Positions 32,419 to 42,922 of a stretch of 64,000 nucleotides of DNA are shown here, piece after piece. The position numbers and the translations under genes were made by a program. The stretch lies in contig CAWFAK010000007.1 of the NCBI GenBank assembly GCA_963813715.1, positions 448,001 to 512,000 on the forward strand, read 5' to 3'. Origin of the DNA: an uncultured Planctomycetaceae bacterium. GTDB lineage: Bacteria > Planctomycetota > Planctomycetia > Planctomycetales > Planctomycetaceae. Under the pieces are notes generated by a model. That model saw only the letters and a program-made list of their open reading frames with translations. It searched no databases and had not been told where the DNA came from. Within the stretch, counting starts at the first letter, position 1, and each line of letters opens with the position of its first letter.

Positions 32419-33819
32419 CTATTCGGTCAGGGCGGCCGACAGGACTTTTCCGTCAGCCCCCGTCAGAGGGAGCGTCAAGAGGCGGGCGATGGTCGGGGCC
32501 ACGTCGGTGTTTTGGATCTCGCCGAGCTGGGTTCGCGGCTTGATGCCCGCGCCCCACGCAATGAACGTCGCGGCCATGCAGGGCAGATTCTCGTCGTGCC
32601 CATGCATTCCGCGGAGCTCTCGACGAGGAACTGTGGGAACCGAACCGGTCGCCCCCTCGTCGAAGCAATATCCCTCTCGCGCAAATAAAACGAGGTCGGG
32701 TGAGTTCGGATCGACTTGCGGCTGAGCCAGGCCGTGCAGCTTGAGTTCGTCCGGTCCGACGATTGTCGCGACACCTTCCGTATTGGAGAAGATCTGCTCG
32801 ACCTGCCTGATGACTGCGTCTCGCTTGCTTTGATCGAGGACGTAAATGAAAGCGGCTCCCCCCTGGCCGAGCACGTGGACGGCGCCGCCGGCTGCCTTTC
32901 CGGCTTTGACCTCGACCAGCCCGGCATCGCGCAGCGGCACGTTCGGCAGCACCAATCGCTCGACGGGCGAGAATCCGTGATCGGAAACGATCATCACGGT
33001 CAGCCCATTCGGATAGTCGCGTTTCGCCTCTTCCCAGACCTGACGGACTTGCTCGTCGGCCGCCTTGATCGCCGCGTAGGCCTCCGGCGTGCGCGGGCCC
33101 TTCGCGTGCTCGACCGAGTCGACGTGCGTGAGATGGAGCAGCGCGAGGTTCGGATGGTGATTGCGAAGGATGAAGTTGAACACTCGGGTGCACATGTCGT
33201 CGGAGGCGACCCGGAATTCTCGCCCGCCGTATTTCACGACGTCGCTCTCCGCCCAGACTCCCGCCTTTTTGCACTCCTTCATCAACGCAGGCGTGGTGTA
33301 CTGATGCAGCAGCTCATCCGAAAAGACGTCGGGCAGCGTCCAGTCGAGAGCCTTCGCCCCGCGCGTCGCCGGCCAGCGAATGGCCGCGGTCGAAAGCCCC
33401 CGGGCTTTGGCCAGGTCGTACAGCGTCGGCACGCGGACGATCTGCTCTTTGTCAAAATTTGGGTCGCCGATCATGATCACCGGCTTGCGCGTGGTCCGGT
33501 CGAAATAGTCGTTACCGACGATGCCGTGCTTTCCCGCCAACACGCCGGTGATGAGAGTGGTGTGATTGGGCCAGGTAACCGTCGGCGCACAGGCCTTCAT
33601 CCGAGCGGCGCGGGCCCCCTCTTCTCCGAGCGCTCGAATCGTCGGCATCTCGGCGCGCGGATCGTCAAAGTAGAACGCCGCCAGCCCGTCGACGCTGATC
33701 ACGACGACGGCCCGACCCTGGTCCGCAGCCGCGGCTCCGCGGACCAATCCGGGGAGCAGCACGACTGTGACTATAAATAGTGCAGCCGTGGCCCTCGCCG
33801 ACGTGCGCAATCTGGTCAT
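32419..33819 (-). CDS. secreted alkaline phosphatase superfamily nucleotide pyrophosphatase/phosphodiesterase
   Basis: ISVDG, PTVTWPNHTTLITG, DSVEH..GP, SDHGF, GMHG, DVAPTIA. Confidence 0.92.
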   Translation of the reverse strand: MTRLRTSARATAALFIVTVVLLPGLVRGAAAADQGRAVVVISVDGLAAFYFDDPRAEMPTIRALGEEGARAARMKACAPTVTWPNHTTLITGVLAGKHGIVGNDYFDRTTRKPVIMIGDPNFDKEQIVRVPTLYDLAKARGLSTAAIRWPATRGAKALDWTLPDVFSDELLHQYTTPALMKECKKAGVWAESDVVKYGGREFRVASDDMCTRVFNFILRNHHPNLALLHLTHVDSVEHAKGPRTPEAYAAIKAADEQVRQVWEEAKRDYPNGLTVMIVSDHGFSPVERLVLPNVPLRDAGLVEVKAGKAAGGAVHVLGQGGAAFIYVLDQSKRDAVIRQVEQIFSNTEGVATIVGPDELKLHGLAQPQVDPNSPDLVLFAREGYCFDEGATGSVPTVPRRELRGMHGHDENLPCMAATFIAWGAGIKPRTQLGEIQNTDVAPTIARLLTLPLTGADGKVLSAALTE

Positions 33820-33966
33820 TGTGGACAACACTCCTAAGTGGAGTTCTCAGGCTACGTCAGAATTGTGAACGGCCGGTTACGAATGCGTTCACATCTGGTA
33901 AAGAAACAGTCGGCGAGCGCGCTCCGAGACGCCGAGGACGGGCAATGCGATGGAGCATTGGGCTGC

Positions 33967-35220
33967 TCAGCGGCGGTCGGCGGTCATTTTGACGTCGTCG
34001 ACGAACAGGGTGCCCGTGGCGCCGTTGAGCCCGATGCGGATCACCGCCTGCCGCGCTCCCTCCGGCACCGGCACGTTGGCGCTGACGCTGACCCAGCCTG
34101 CCCACGACCCCTTGAGGTGCACGGCAATCTGCTCGCCGACGAATTTTCGCGAATCGTCGAAGGTGACTTGCAGCCCGGCTTTGTCGAACGACTCCTTGCC
34201 GTCCACGATGTGGTCGGCCCGATATTTAAAAGTGAGCCGCAGCACGGCCACTTTGCGGCCGTCGACGCCGACCGCTTGCAGCGCATGCGACCGCTGGCCG
34301 GCCACGTCGTTTTGGAAGCGGATGCAAAACTGGCCATCCGCCGCCTCGCGGCTCATCAGCGTGACCTGGCGCTGGTTGTACCAGCCGGCGAGCGACCCGT
34401 TTTCTTCGCGGTCTTCGAAGCTGCCATTGCGGATTTGGGGATCGGTCGGGTCGGGCTTCACGGTGCGCTCGCGATCCGATTGCCCCGTCATCGGGACGAA
34501 GTAAGTCGGCATGAGCTGCTCGCGGACCAGTTTGCCGTCCTTCTTCTCGAGCAGGACCATTTCCTGGTCGTAGCGGCTGCCGACCGGAATGATCATCCGC
34601 CCCCCTTCTTTGAGCTGGTCGACCAGCGGCTGCGGCACCTTCTCGGGCGAACAGGTGACGATGATCTTGTCGAACGGGGCGTATTCCTTCCAACCGGCGT
34701 AGCCGTCGCCGATCTTCGTCGTGACGTTGTGGTAGCCGAGGTGTTTGAGCCGCTTCTCAGCGGCCTGCCCCAGCGGCCTGACGATTTCGATCGAGTAAAC
34801 CTCCTTGACCAGGAGCGACAGCACGGCCGCCTGGTAGCCGCTGCCGGTGCCGATCTCGAGCACCCGATCCTCGCGCTGCGGGTCGAGCGTCTCGGTCATC
34901 TGTGCGACGACCGACGGCCAGGTAATCGTCTGCTTGTATCCGATGGGCCAGGCCGAGTCCCAATACGCTTTGGCGCGGTAAGCGGGCGGCACAAACTCGT
35001 GGCGGGGAACGCGGCGCATGGCCGCCAGCACGCGGGCGTCGTGAACTCCCGCCTTCTCGACGTAATCGGAGACCATCTTCAGCCGGGCTTGATCGTAATC
35101 CGGACTGCTCTGCCCCTGGGCGGGGCGAGTTCCCCCAGCGACGAACAACGCGGCTACAAGCAACACGGACAGGGGAAACGCGGGCACGAGCAACGTGGGG
35201 GGAGCGATGCGCTTCGGCAT
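33967..35220 (-). CDS. pcm: protein-L-isoaspartate O-methyltransferase with apparent signal peptide and C-terminal CBM-like beta-sandwich
   Basis: VPRHEFV, PIGYKQTI, VLEIGTGSGYQAAVL, GDGYAGW..APFDKIIVT, QLKEGGRMIIPVG; then NGSFE..W..VDDV. Confidence 0.92.
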   Translation of the reverse strand: MPKRIAPPTLLVPAFPLSVLLVAALFVAGGTRPAQGQSSPDYDQARLKMVSDYVEKAGVHDARVLAAMRRVPRHEFVPPAYRAKAYWDSAWPIGYKQTITWPSVVAQMTETLDPQREDRVLEIGTGSGYQAAVLSLLVKEVYSIEIVRPLGQAAEKRLKHLGYHNVTTKIGDGYAGWKEYAPFDKIIVTCSPEKVPQPLVDQLKEGGRMIIPVGSRYDQEMVLLEKKDGKLVREQLMPTYFVPMTGQSDRERTVKPDPTDPQIRNGSFEDREENGSLAGWYNQRQVTLMSREAADGQFCIRFQNDVAGQRSHALQAVGVDGRKVAVLRLTFKYRADHIVDGKESFDKAGLQVTFDDSRKFVGEQIAVHLKGSWAGWVSVSANVPVPEGARQAVIRIGLNGATGTLFVDDVKMTADRR

Positions 35221-35447
35221 CGGACGACGCCTTCGAGCAAGCTCGGCGCGGTCGAAACCGCGAATCGTGCGTTTCCGGTCGCGCCGATTGCCAGCCAACA
35301 TCGATGGTATCCGCGGGGAATTGACCAGGCGAGCGAATCCAAACCGGGAAAGCATTACGAATTTGATTTGTGCCGTGCACGTGATCCAGTACGCTGGAAC
35401 CGGCTGCGGGCGCTTTCCCCGTGTCACTTCCAGCTTGGAGACCTCGC

Positions 35448-35864
35448 ATGGGAATGCTGAAAGAGTTCAAAGAGTTTGCCATGAAGGGCAACGTCCTCGA
35501 CATGGCCGTCGGCATTATTATTGGGGCGGCGTTCGGCAAGATCGTTACCTCGCTCGTCAACGACGTGATTATGCCGCCGATCGGCGTTGTGTTGGGCAAC
35601 GTCGATTTCTCGAGTCTGGCGGTGACGTTGCGGCAGAAGACGGAGGCCGCTCCGGCCGTGACGATCCGCTACGGACTCTTCATCAACACGATCATCGACT
35701 TTGTCATCGTGGCCTTCGCGATCTTCATCGTGATCAAGCAACTCAATCGCCTAAAGCGGCCCGAAGCTCCGCCCCCGCCGACGACGAAGGACTGCCCGCG
35801 CTGCCTGATGGCCATTCCCCTCAAGGCCACGCGCTGCGGCCACTGCACAGCGGAGATCGGGTAG
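35448..35864 (+). CDS. mscL: large-conductance mechanosensitive channel with C-terminal Zn ribbon
   Basis: [41 protein letters not shown]-terminal CPRC-x10-CGHC. Confidence 0.96.
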   Translation: MGMLKEFKEFAMKGNVLDMAVGIIIGAAFGKIVTSLVNDVIMPPIGVVLGNVDFSSLAVTLRQKTEAAPAVTIRYGLFINTIIDFVIVAFAIFIVIKQLNRLKRPEAPPPPTTKDCPRCLMAIPLKATRCGHCTAEIG

Positions 35865-35930
35865 CATTTCTCCTCAGTCACCACCAAGCCGCGGCCGGCC
35901 GGGCTGACAGAGGTCGGCCGCACGAGTCCG

Positions 35931-36476
35931 ATGCTGACTATCTACACGATCGGCCACTCGAACCATCCGCTCGATCGGTTCCTGGAGCTCTTGGCTCAAC
36001 ACAGGATCGGAGAGCTGGCCGACATTCGGCGGTTTCCCGGTTCGCGCAAACACCCGCACTTCAATCGCGAAGAGTTGCAACGCACGCTCGACCGCTCGGG
36101 GCTAGTCTACCGCTGGATGGAATCGCTGGGAGGACGACGCAAAGCGTCCGGCAGCGCCGCTTCCGAAAACCTCGCCTGGCGAAATGTCAGCTTCCGCAAC
36201 TACGCGGACTACATGGCGACGCCCGAATTTCACGCAGCGATCGACACGTTGCTCCAAGACGCCGCCGAGCATCGCACGGCCATCATGTGCGCGGAGGGGC
36301 TCTGGTGGGAGTGCCATCGCCGCCTGGTGAGCGACTTTCTCACGGTCCAGGGCGTGACGGTCGAGCACATCATGCCGAACGGGCCGGCCAAGCTGCATCG
36401 CCTGACGCCGGGGACCGTAGTCGTCGACAACCGCTTAACGTACCCTGCGTCCAAGAGTTTGTTCGACGAAGAATAG
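35931..36476 (+). CDS. DUF488 domain protein
   Basis: IYTIGHS, ADIRRFPGSR, LGGRR, FRNYADYM, MCAE..CHR. Confidence 0.92.
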   Translation: MLTIYTIGHSNHPLDRFLELLAQHRIGELADIRRFPGSRKHPHFNREELQRTLDRSGLVYRWMESLGGRRKASGSAASENLAWRNVSFRNYADYMATPEFHAAIDTLLQDAAEHRTAIMCAEGLWWECHRRLVSDFLTVQGVTVEHIMPNGPAKLHRLTPGTVVVDNRLTYPASKSLFDEE

Positions 36477-36575
36477 CTTCGGCACGCCGGCGATGTTGGG
36501 CGCCTCGCTAGGACTCGTCGATTGCTGGCTTTCCGGTTTCGCTTTCGATCGCCCCAACTGGTTTCACGCCTGACG

Positions 36576-37530
36576 ATGAACGACCCGCCGCTCGATCCAC
36601 CACCATCCTCGGCTGCGGCCGACACAGCGGCAGTGTCGTCGCAAGCCGCCTCGCTGCGACGCGGCCGGATGATGGTGGGGCTGGCGTCGTTGTTGTGGAG
36701 CACGAGCGGCGCGTTCGTCAAAAGTCCGCCGCTGGCCGCCATTCCGGAGGGTTCTCGCGGCCCGATTCTGGCCTGCTTTCGCGTGTTGGCGGCGGCCGTG
36801 GCGTTGGGCCTGTTCGTGAAGCCCCGAAACGTGCGGTGGCGGCCCATGCTGGTCCCCTTTGTGATCACGTTTGCCGGCATGAACCTGCTCTTCGTGACGG
36901 CGATGACGCGGACAACTGCCGCGGCCGCCATCTTTCTGCAGTACACGAGCACGGCGTGGGCATTCCTGTTCAGCATTTTTGTGTGGCGCGAGCGGGCCGA
37001 CATGCCCAACCTGGTGGCGCTGTTGTGTGCGCTCCTCGGTTTGGGTTGGATCGTCGCTGGCGACTGGAATACGGCCTACTTCGCCGGCAATTGCCTCGCG
37101 CTCGGCAGCGGCGTCTGTTACGCCGGAGTGATCATCACGCTCAAAATGCTGCGTGACGAAGACTCGGCGTGGCTGGTCGCTCTTGTGCCACGCAGGCGCG
37201 GGCCTGTTGCTGTTGCCGCTGGTGGCCGCGTCGAGCCTGGCGCTCTCGCCGCTGCAGTGGTCGCTGATCGCCGTCTTCGGCGTGGTCCAGATGGGGCTGC
37301 CCTACCTGATCTTCGCGAGCGCCCTGCGGCGGGTGCCGATTCAAGACGCCGCCCTGCTGACGCTGCTCGAGCCGATCTTGAATCCGCTTTGGGTGTACTG
37401 CCTATGGGGCGAACCGGTCGAACTGTCGACTTGGGTCGGGGGCGGGTTGATTCTCGGCGGACTGGCCGTCCGTACGCTGCTGCTCAGGAGGACCGAACGC
37501 CGGCCCGCGAGCGTCGAGACGCCGCAATGA
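36576..37530 (+). CDS. EamA/DMT family transporter; frameshift near 37185
   Basis: LWSTSG, AIFLQYT, about 10 TM segments, LLEPILNPLWV..GE. Confidence 0.88.
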
Positions 37531-38887
37531 GGCCCACCCAAACATCCATCACGTTGGTGTGCGTCGGTCCGGTCTTGATCAGGCCGCCGGTGCGATCGAA
37601 GAATTCGTACGCATTGTTGATCGCCAGGAACGGCGCGGGCAGACAGCCCTTGTTCGCGGGCCGATCGAATCAGGTCGGCATCGGCAACAGCTCCGGCGGC
37701 ATCGGTCGGACCGTCTTCGCCGTCGGTCCCTCCAGAGAGCAGCACGAGATCGTGCAGGCCGTCGTTCCACAGGGAGTCGATCGCGCCGAGCACCAGCTCT
37801 TGATTCCGCCCTCCCCGGCGCGGCTGGCTGGTCTGCACCAGGCGCACCGTCGTCTCGCCTCCAGCCAACAGGCAGACCGGCTCCGTGGCCGCGGCGTCCG
37901 AGTTACGAAGCGTGCCGACGTGGTGAGCCAATTGCCGTCCGACTTCGCGGGCTTCGCCCTGGTTGCGACTGCCCAACGAGCGAGTGACGTAGCCGAGCTC
38001 GGCGGCCTTGCGGGCTGCGGCGGTCAGGGCCGTCTCGTTATTGCCGATGACAAAGTTTTGGATGGTGGCGGGCAGCGGCGGATCGGGCGGTGCGTCGCGA
38101 TTGGATTCCAGCAAAGTCCAAACGGCTTCGGGCACGTCGCTGCGCCGGCCGGCAATCCGCTCGAGAATTCGCAAGGCGTCGATAACCGTCGAACGATCGG
38201 CGACCGTCGGTCCCGAGGCGATCACGTCGAGCGGATCGTCGATCACGTCGGAAATGATCAGCGTCGCGACCCGCGCGTCGCCGGCCGCACGCGCCAGTCG
38301 TCCCCCTTTGATCGCGGAGAGGTGTTTGCGCACGCAGTTGAGTTCGTTGATCGTCGCCCCGCCAGCCATCAGCAGCCGGGTGACGGCCAGCTTGTCGGCC
38401 AGGGACAAGCCGGCGAGCCGGGGCCGGCAAGAGCGCGCTTGCACCGCCCGAAATCAGGACGAGGCACAGATCGTCAGCCGAAAGTTGCCGCACGCGGTGC
38501 AAAATCTCTTCCGCGCCGGCGACTCCCTCGGCCGTCGGTTCGTTCACACCGGCCGGTCGGGCTGCGTGCAGGTGGATGCGGGCGAGCGGGCGAGACACAG
38601 TCGGCCGGCACGTTCACCCAGCCAGTCAGCCGCTCGGCCAGCGGCGTTCCGGCCAGGGCCGCTTCCAAGTCCGGCCGCCATGCCTGCCCCCGCCTTGCCG
38701 GCACCGACCGCGACGATTCGGCTCTCGGGCTGCAGCGCAAATGGCCGGCCACAGATTTCCAGCGCGTATCGGCCTGGGCACGCAGAGACTCGCGGACCAG
38801 CCGCTCGGAATTGACGGCGTCGACGCCCGCGCACCAGATGGCCAGCGCGTCGCTTCGCAGTCGTGCTGGTCCCAAGCTTGCCGTCAC
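37484..38887 (-). CDS. glycerate kinase type 2 (DUF4147/MOFRL); several frameshifts
   Basis: GAGKA, LISGGASAL, INELNCVRKHLSAIKGG, IASGPT, GGETTV, GGRNQE, GTDGEDG, TGPTHTNVMD. Confidence 0.9.
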
Positions 38888-39017
38888 AGAACGCCCCCGC
38901 TGCCCCCTCACGCGTCTCAGGCGCCATTATGCGGGCCCGAAGCGCGCAGCGGGAGGGTTCTATGGTTGAAGCAGGAGGCTGCAAAGCGGTGCCGAGCAGG
39001 CGAATCGCTTGAGCGAC

Positions 39018-39239
39018 TCAGGCGCTCGGGCGCAGCCGCGTAAAGCTCGAGAGGACTTCGTACAGGTCGCTCGAAACGCGAACCTCGTCGTCCTCGAAGT
39101 CGCGGAGCCAGGTGCGGTCCCAACGGACGGCTTCGACCAACGCTCGCGTGACTTCGCCAAAGCGCATGTTCACCTGCGCGCTGACGTCCGCCGAGCTGTC
39201 CTGATCTTCGCCGGTGAATAACCGCAACCGTGGTCGCAT
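39018..39239 (-). CDS. small hypothetical protein (73 aa)
   Basis: Purine-rich SD-like GGGAAGGGA before ATG; RTWLRDFEDDEVRVSSDLYEVL looks like a folded domain. Confidence 0.65.
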   Translation of the reverse strand: MRPRLRLFTGEDQDSSADVSAQVNMRFGEVTRALVEAVRWDRTWLRDFEDDEVRVSSDLYEVLSSFTRLRPSA

Positions 39240-39575
39240 GGGTGTCCCTTCCCTGTCGCTTGATCGACTTTGCGAGCGGCGAGCGTCACATCCTGAAACG
39301 CCGCCGACGAGTCGGCAAAGCGTCTCCATCAAGTATCGACACGCTGCCTGAGCAGACTTAACCGAAGACTCCGCGCACAACGTCCGGGTGATTTGATGCT
39401 GGCCGCCGTCGTTCGCGCTTACAACTCACCGGCAGCAACAGCCGAAATGGGTTTCGATCGCGGTCGGGAAGCGGTACAGTTTGCTGCCAGGAAAACTTGA
39501 CGCCGATCATTCTTTGTTGCGACGAACCGCCACTGAAACAGCCACTGATCGGCCAACTCGAGCGATGTCTGCCGG

Positions 39576-40155
39576 ATGCCCGACACAATCCGCTGCTTTT
39601 TGGCTCTCAAGATTCCGGCCGACACCGCGATGCGCCGCGTGCTGAAAGAGCTTGCCGCGATGGGTCGCGCGCTGAAGGCTGTGGAACCCGAGAATTTGCA
39701 CGTCACGCTCAAGTTTTTCGCCGCGGCCGAGCCCGAATCGATCCCCGAAATCGCAGCGATTGCGACTGACGCGGTCGGGAAGCATGCCCACGGCCAACTG
39801 ACCTTGACCGGGCTCGGCGCCTTTCCACACGCCGAGCGCCCGAACGTGATCTGGGCCGGGCTCGCAGGGCCAGGAGCCCAGACTCTGTGCACAATCGCCG
39901 GGGAACTCGAAGCGGCGCTCGAACCAATCGGCTTTCGAGCGGGAGAACCGACCGTTCCGCCCCACTTGACGCTGGCCCGGGTCAAATTCCGACCGCCCGA
40001 AGAACTACGCGCGCTATTGGCTCGCCACGCCAAGTACGGTCTTTCGGTACGACCACGGTCGACGAGATCGAGCTGATTCCGCTCGGAACCCGGGCCCGAG
40101 GGGTCCGCGTTACACCGTGCTCGAGCACTTTCCGCTGGGCGCGAACGCGACTTAA
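39576..40155 (+). CDS. thpR: RNA 2',3'-cyclic phosphodiesterase (2H family); frameshifts near the C-terminus
   Basis: RCFLAL, LHVTLKF, GAFP..PNVIWAG, PHLTLAR (two HxT motifs). Confidence 0.9.
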
Positions 40156-40178
40156 CGTCCGCAAAACGGACGAGCCAT

Positions 40179-40820
40179 TCAGCTCTTGGCCGCGTCGCCC
40201 GGCCGCTGGACCCGATAAATCTCGATCAGCAGCTCGTCGGCCGACTTGAATTTCTTCTTTTGCGAGGCGACTGAATCGATCAGCTTGCGGGCGTCGGCCG
40301 CCGTGTGGCCCAAATTCACCAACGCCTGGAATGTTTCGTCGACGACGTCATGGGGCGTCCCTTCGACGCTGGGAATGTCGCGAGCCACCATCAGCGCGAA
40401 GCGGGCCATCCGCCGCCGCAGCTTGGCAACGATTCGTTCGGCCACGGCCGGCCCGATGCCGGGAAGAGCGATTAACTCTTCGAGATTCTGGTCCTCGATG
40501 GCGGCGGCCACTTCCCGCACCGGCCGCACGATCGCACGGAGCGCTTTCTTCACGCCGACTCCGTCGACCGAACAGATCGCCTCGAAGAACTCCGCTTCGG
40601 TTTCGCTCAAGAAGCCGACCAGCCGGGGGGTCATGCGGCCCTGTTGCGGGTTCCCCTCGATGTACTCGATCGTCCGCAGGCTCACCGTTTCGCCGACCTT
40701 GGTTTGCAGCTGGCGGCGGACGAAATCGGGAATGAAGACCTCGTACTCGAGTGGGCCGACTTCCAGCGTGGCTGCCGTGTCGGCCAGCCGGACGAGCTTG
40801 CCAGTAACTTTGGTGATCAT
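40179..40820 (-). CDS. ruvA: Holliday junction branch migration protein RuvA
   Basis: [41 protein letters not shown]. Confidence 0.93.
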   Translation of the reverse strand: MITKVTGKLVRLADTAATLEVGPLEYEVFIPDFVRRQLQTKVGETVSLRTIEYIEGNPQQGRMTPRLVGFLSETEAEFFEAICSVDGVGVKKALRAIVRPVREVAAAIEDQNLEELIALPGIGPAVAERIVAKLRRRMARFALMVARDIPSVEGTPHDVVDETFQALVNLGHTAADARKLIDSVASQKKKFKSADELLIEIYRVQRPGDAAKS

Positions 40821-41364
40821 GCGACGAATCGCACGCGATGATACAGACACAGGGCCAAGGCCGAGGCGTCGGCCACGTCGTTCGGCTCGAGCAGGCGTTC
40901 GAGCCGCAGTTCGCGGCTCACCGCGTGCTGCATCTGATCCTTGGAAGCGCGGCCACTGCCCGTGATCAGTTTCTTTACGTTGGTGGGCGCAAAATGAATG
41001 ACCGAGAGGCCGGCCTCGGCGGCCACCATCAAAATCGCGCCGCGCAGCGTGTGCCATCAGCAAAGCGGACTTCGGATTCTTCCCCAGCGTGAACACGCGC
41101 TCGATCGCCATCGCTTGCGGACGGAATTCCTGAATCACCTCGCGCAGACCGGTGCCGATTTCCAGCACGCGGGCGGCTAGCGAGATGCCCGTCTTCGAGC
41201 GGATGATGCCCGCCTCCCGCAGCACGGGGCCGGCCGGCGACCGCTCGAGCAGAGCATAGCCCGTGCGCGCGCAATCCGGGGTCAACGCCCAGGATGCAGG
41301 AGACCGGTTCCGTCTGCTCGCCGTCGTGCTTCGGTTCGGCTGTGTTCACGTGTCCCGCCGCCAT
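40817..41364 (-). CDS. ruvC: crossover junction endodeoxyribonuclease RuvC; 2 frameshifts
   Basis: [42 protein letters not shown]. Confidence 0.9.
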
Positions 41365-42905
41365 TTGGTTCCGTCCGGGCGATCTTCCAACGTGATTTTG
41401 AGGGCCGTCAAACCCTTGCGGATCTGGTCGGCCACCGCGAAGTTTTTCGTCCGACGACTCTCTGCCCGCAGCTCGATCAGAAGCGCCATCAAGTCGTCGA
41501 CCAGCCCGTCGCTGACCGCGGCCGTTTTGGCCACCGGTTTGCGGAACAACCCCAGGACCCCGCTCAGTTCTTTGAGCAAGGTCAGCGCCGTCACCAACTC
41601 GGCTTTAGCCTTGTCGTCCGCGGCCCCGCCGGCGTCGAGTTTCTTGTTGCCGATGAAGCCGTTAATGGACCGCGACACGTCGAACAGGACGCCGATGGCG
41701 CCGCCCGTATTGAAATCGTCATCCAGGGCCGAGAGGAACCGCTCGCGCAGTTGGCCCAGCTCCTTCAAGAAGTCGGAAGGCTGTGTCCCCAGATCGGTTG
41801 AGCGCTCGCGAGAGGTCGATGCAGCCAGGGCGTAAAAGTCCTGCCCGGTGATTCGCTGAAACGCTTCAAACAACCGATAAAACCGCTCGAGACTTTCACC
41901 CTTTTGGGAAATCTGCTCGTCGCTCAATTCGATGGGGCTGCGGTAATGCGTTGAGAGCAGGAAAAAGCGAATCGTCTCCGGCGGAAAGGCGGCAAACAGT
42001 TCCTTGACCGAAGCGGCCCCCTTTGAGCCGGCCAGCTTGTTGGCCTCCTGCTCAGACTGCGACGGAGCGACGTCACCGCGACGATCGTGTCCGCCGCCCA
42101 CTTTGCCCGCGACCGGCCCCGATTGCATCAGTCCGTTATGCAGCCAATAGCGCGAAAACGGCTTGCCGCTGGCCGACTCGGACTGGGCAAGCTCGTTCTC
42201 GTGATGGGGAAACATCAAGTCGAGTCCGCCGCCATGAATGTCGATCGACTCGCCCAGAATCTGCATGCTCATTGCCGAGCACTCGATGTGCCAGCCGGGG
42301 CGGCCGGGCCCCCAGGGGCTGTCCCACGCGGGTTCGCCCGCCTTCGACTTCTTCCAGAGGGCGAAGTCGGCCGGATTCCGCTTGCGATCGTTGGCCTCGA
42401 CCCGCGTGCCGGCGAGCATTTCTTCGACGCTGCGGCGGCTGAGCTTGCCGTAGTCGGGATCCTTGAGCACCTCGAAATAGACATCGCCGTCGAGCGGATA
42501 GGCGTGGCCTTTTTCGATCAGCCGGCCGATCAACTTCTGCATCTCGCCGATGTACTTCGTGGCGTAGGGAAACTCGTCGACCGTGTCGACGCCGATCGTT
42601 GCCAGGTTGTCGAAGTAATCTTGCGTCATCTGGCCGGCCAGCGCTTCGACGGTGGTGTTCTTCTCGCGGGCCCGGTTGATCAGTTTGTCGTCCACGTCGG
42701 TGATGTTGATGATGAACTTCACCTTGTAGCCGCTATAAACCAGGTAGCGCTTGATGGTGTCGAAGATCACCGGGCCAACCATGTGGCCGATATGCGCCGG
42801 CTTGTAGACCGTCGGCCCGCAGAGGTACATGCGGACTTCCCCCGGCACCACCGTGCGAAAGTCTTCCTTTTGCCGGGTCAGCGTGTTGTAAACTCGCAAC
42901 GTCAT
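41346..42905 (-). CDS. cysS: cysteine--tRNA ligase
   Basis: MYLCGPTVY, HIGH, NITDVDDK, DFALWK, GRPGWHIECSAM, DIHGGGLDLMFPHHENE, DDDFNT. Confidence 0.97.
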   Translation of the reverse strand: MTLRVYNTLTRQKEDFRTVVPGEVRMYLCGPTVYKPAHIGHMVGPVIFDTIKRYLVYSGYKVKFIINITDVDDKLINRAREKNTTVEALAGQMTQDYFDNLATIGVDTVDEFPYATKYIGEMQKLIGRLIEKGHAYPLDGDVYFEVLKDPDYGKLSRRSVEEMLAGTRVEANDRKRNPADFALWKKSKAGEPAWDSPWGPGRPGWHIECSAMSMQILGESIDIHGGGLDLMFPHHENELAQSESASGKPFSRYWLHNGLMQSGPVAGKVGGGHDRRGDVAPSQSEQEANKLAGSKGAASVKELFAAFPPETIRFFLLSTHYRSPIELSDEQISQKGESLERFYRLFEAFQRITGQDFYALAASTSRERSTDLGTQPSDFLKELGQLRERFLSALDDDFNTGGAIGVLFDVSRSINGFIGNKKLDAGGAADDKAKAELVTALTLLKELSGVLGLFRKPVAKTAAVSDGLVDDLMALLIELRAESRRTKNFAVADQIRKGLTALKITLEDRPDGTKWRRDT

Positions 42906-42922
42906 GAGGACTCCGCTTCCCT

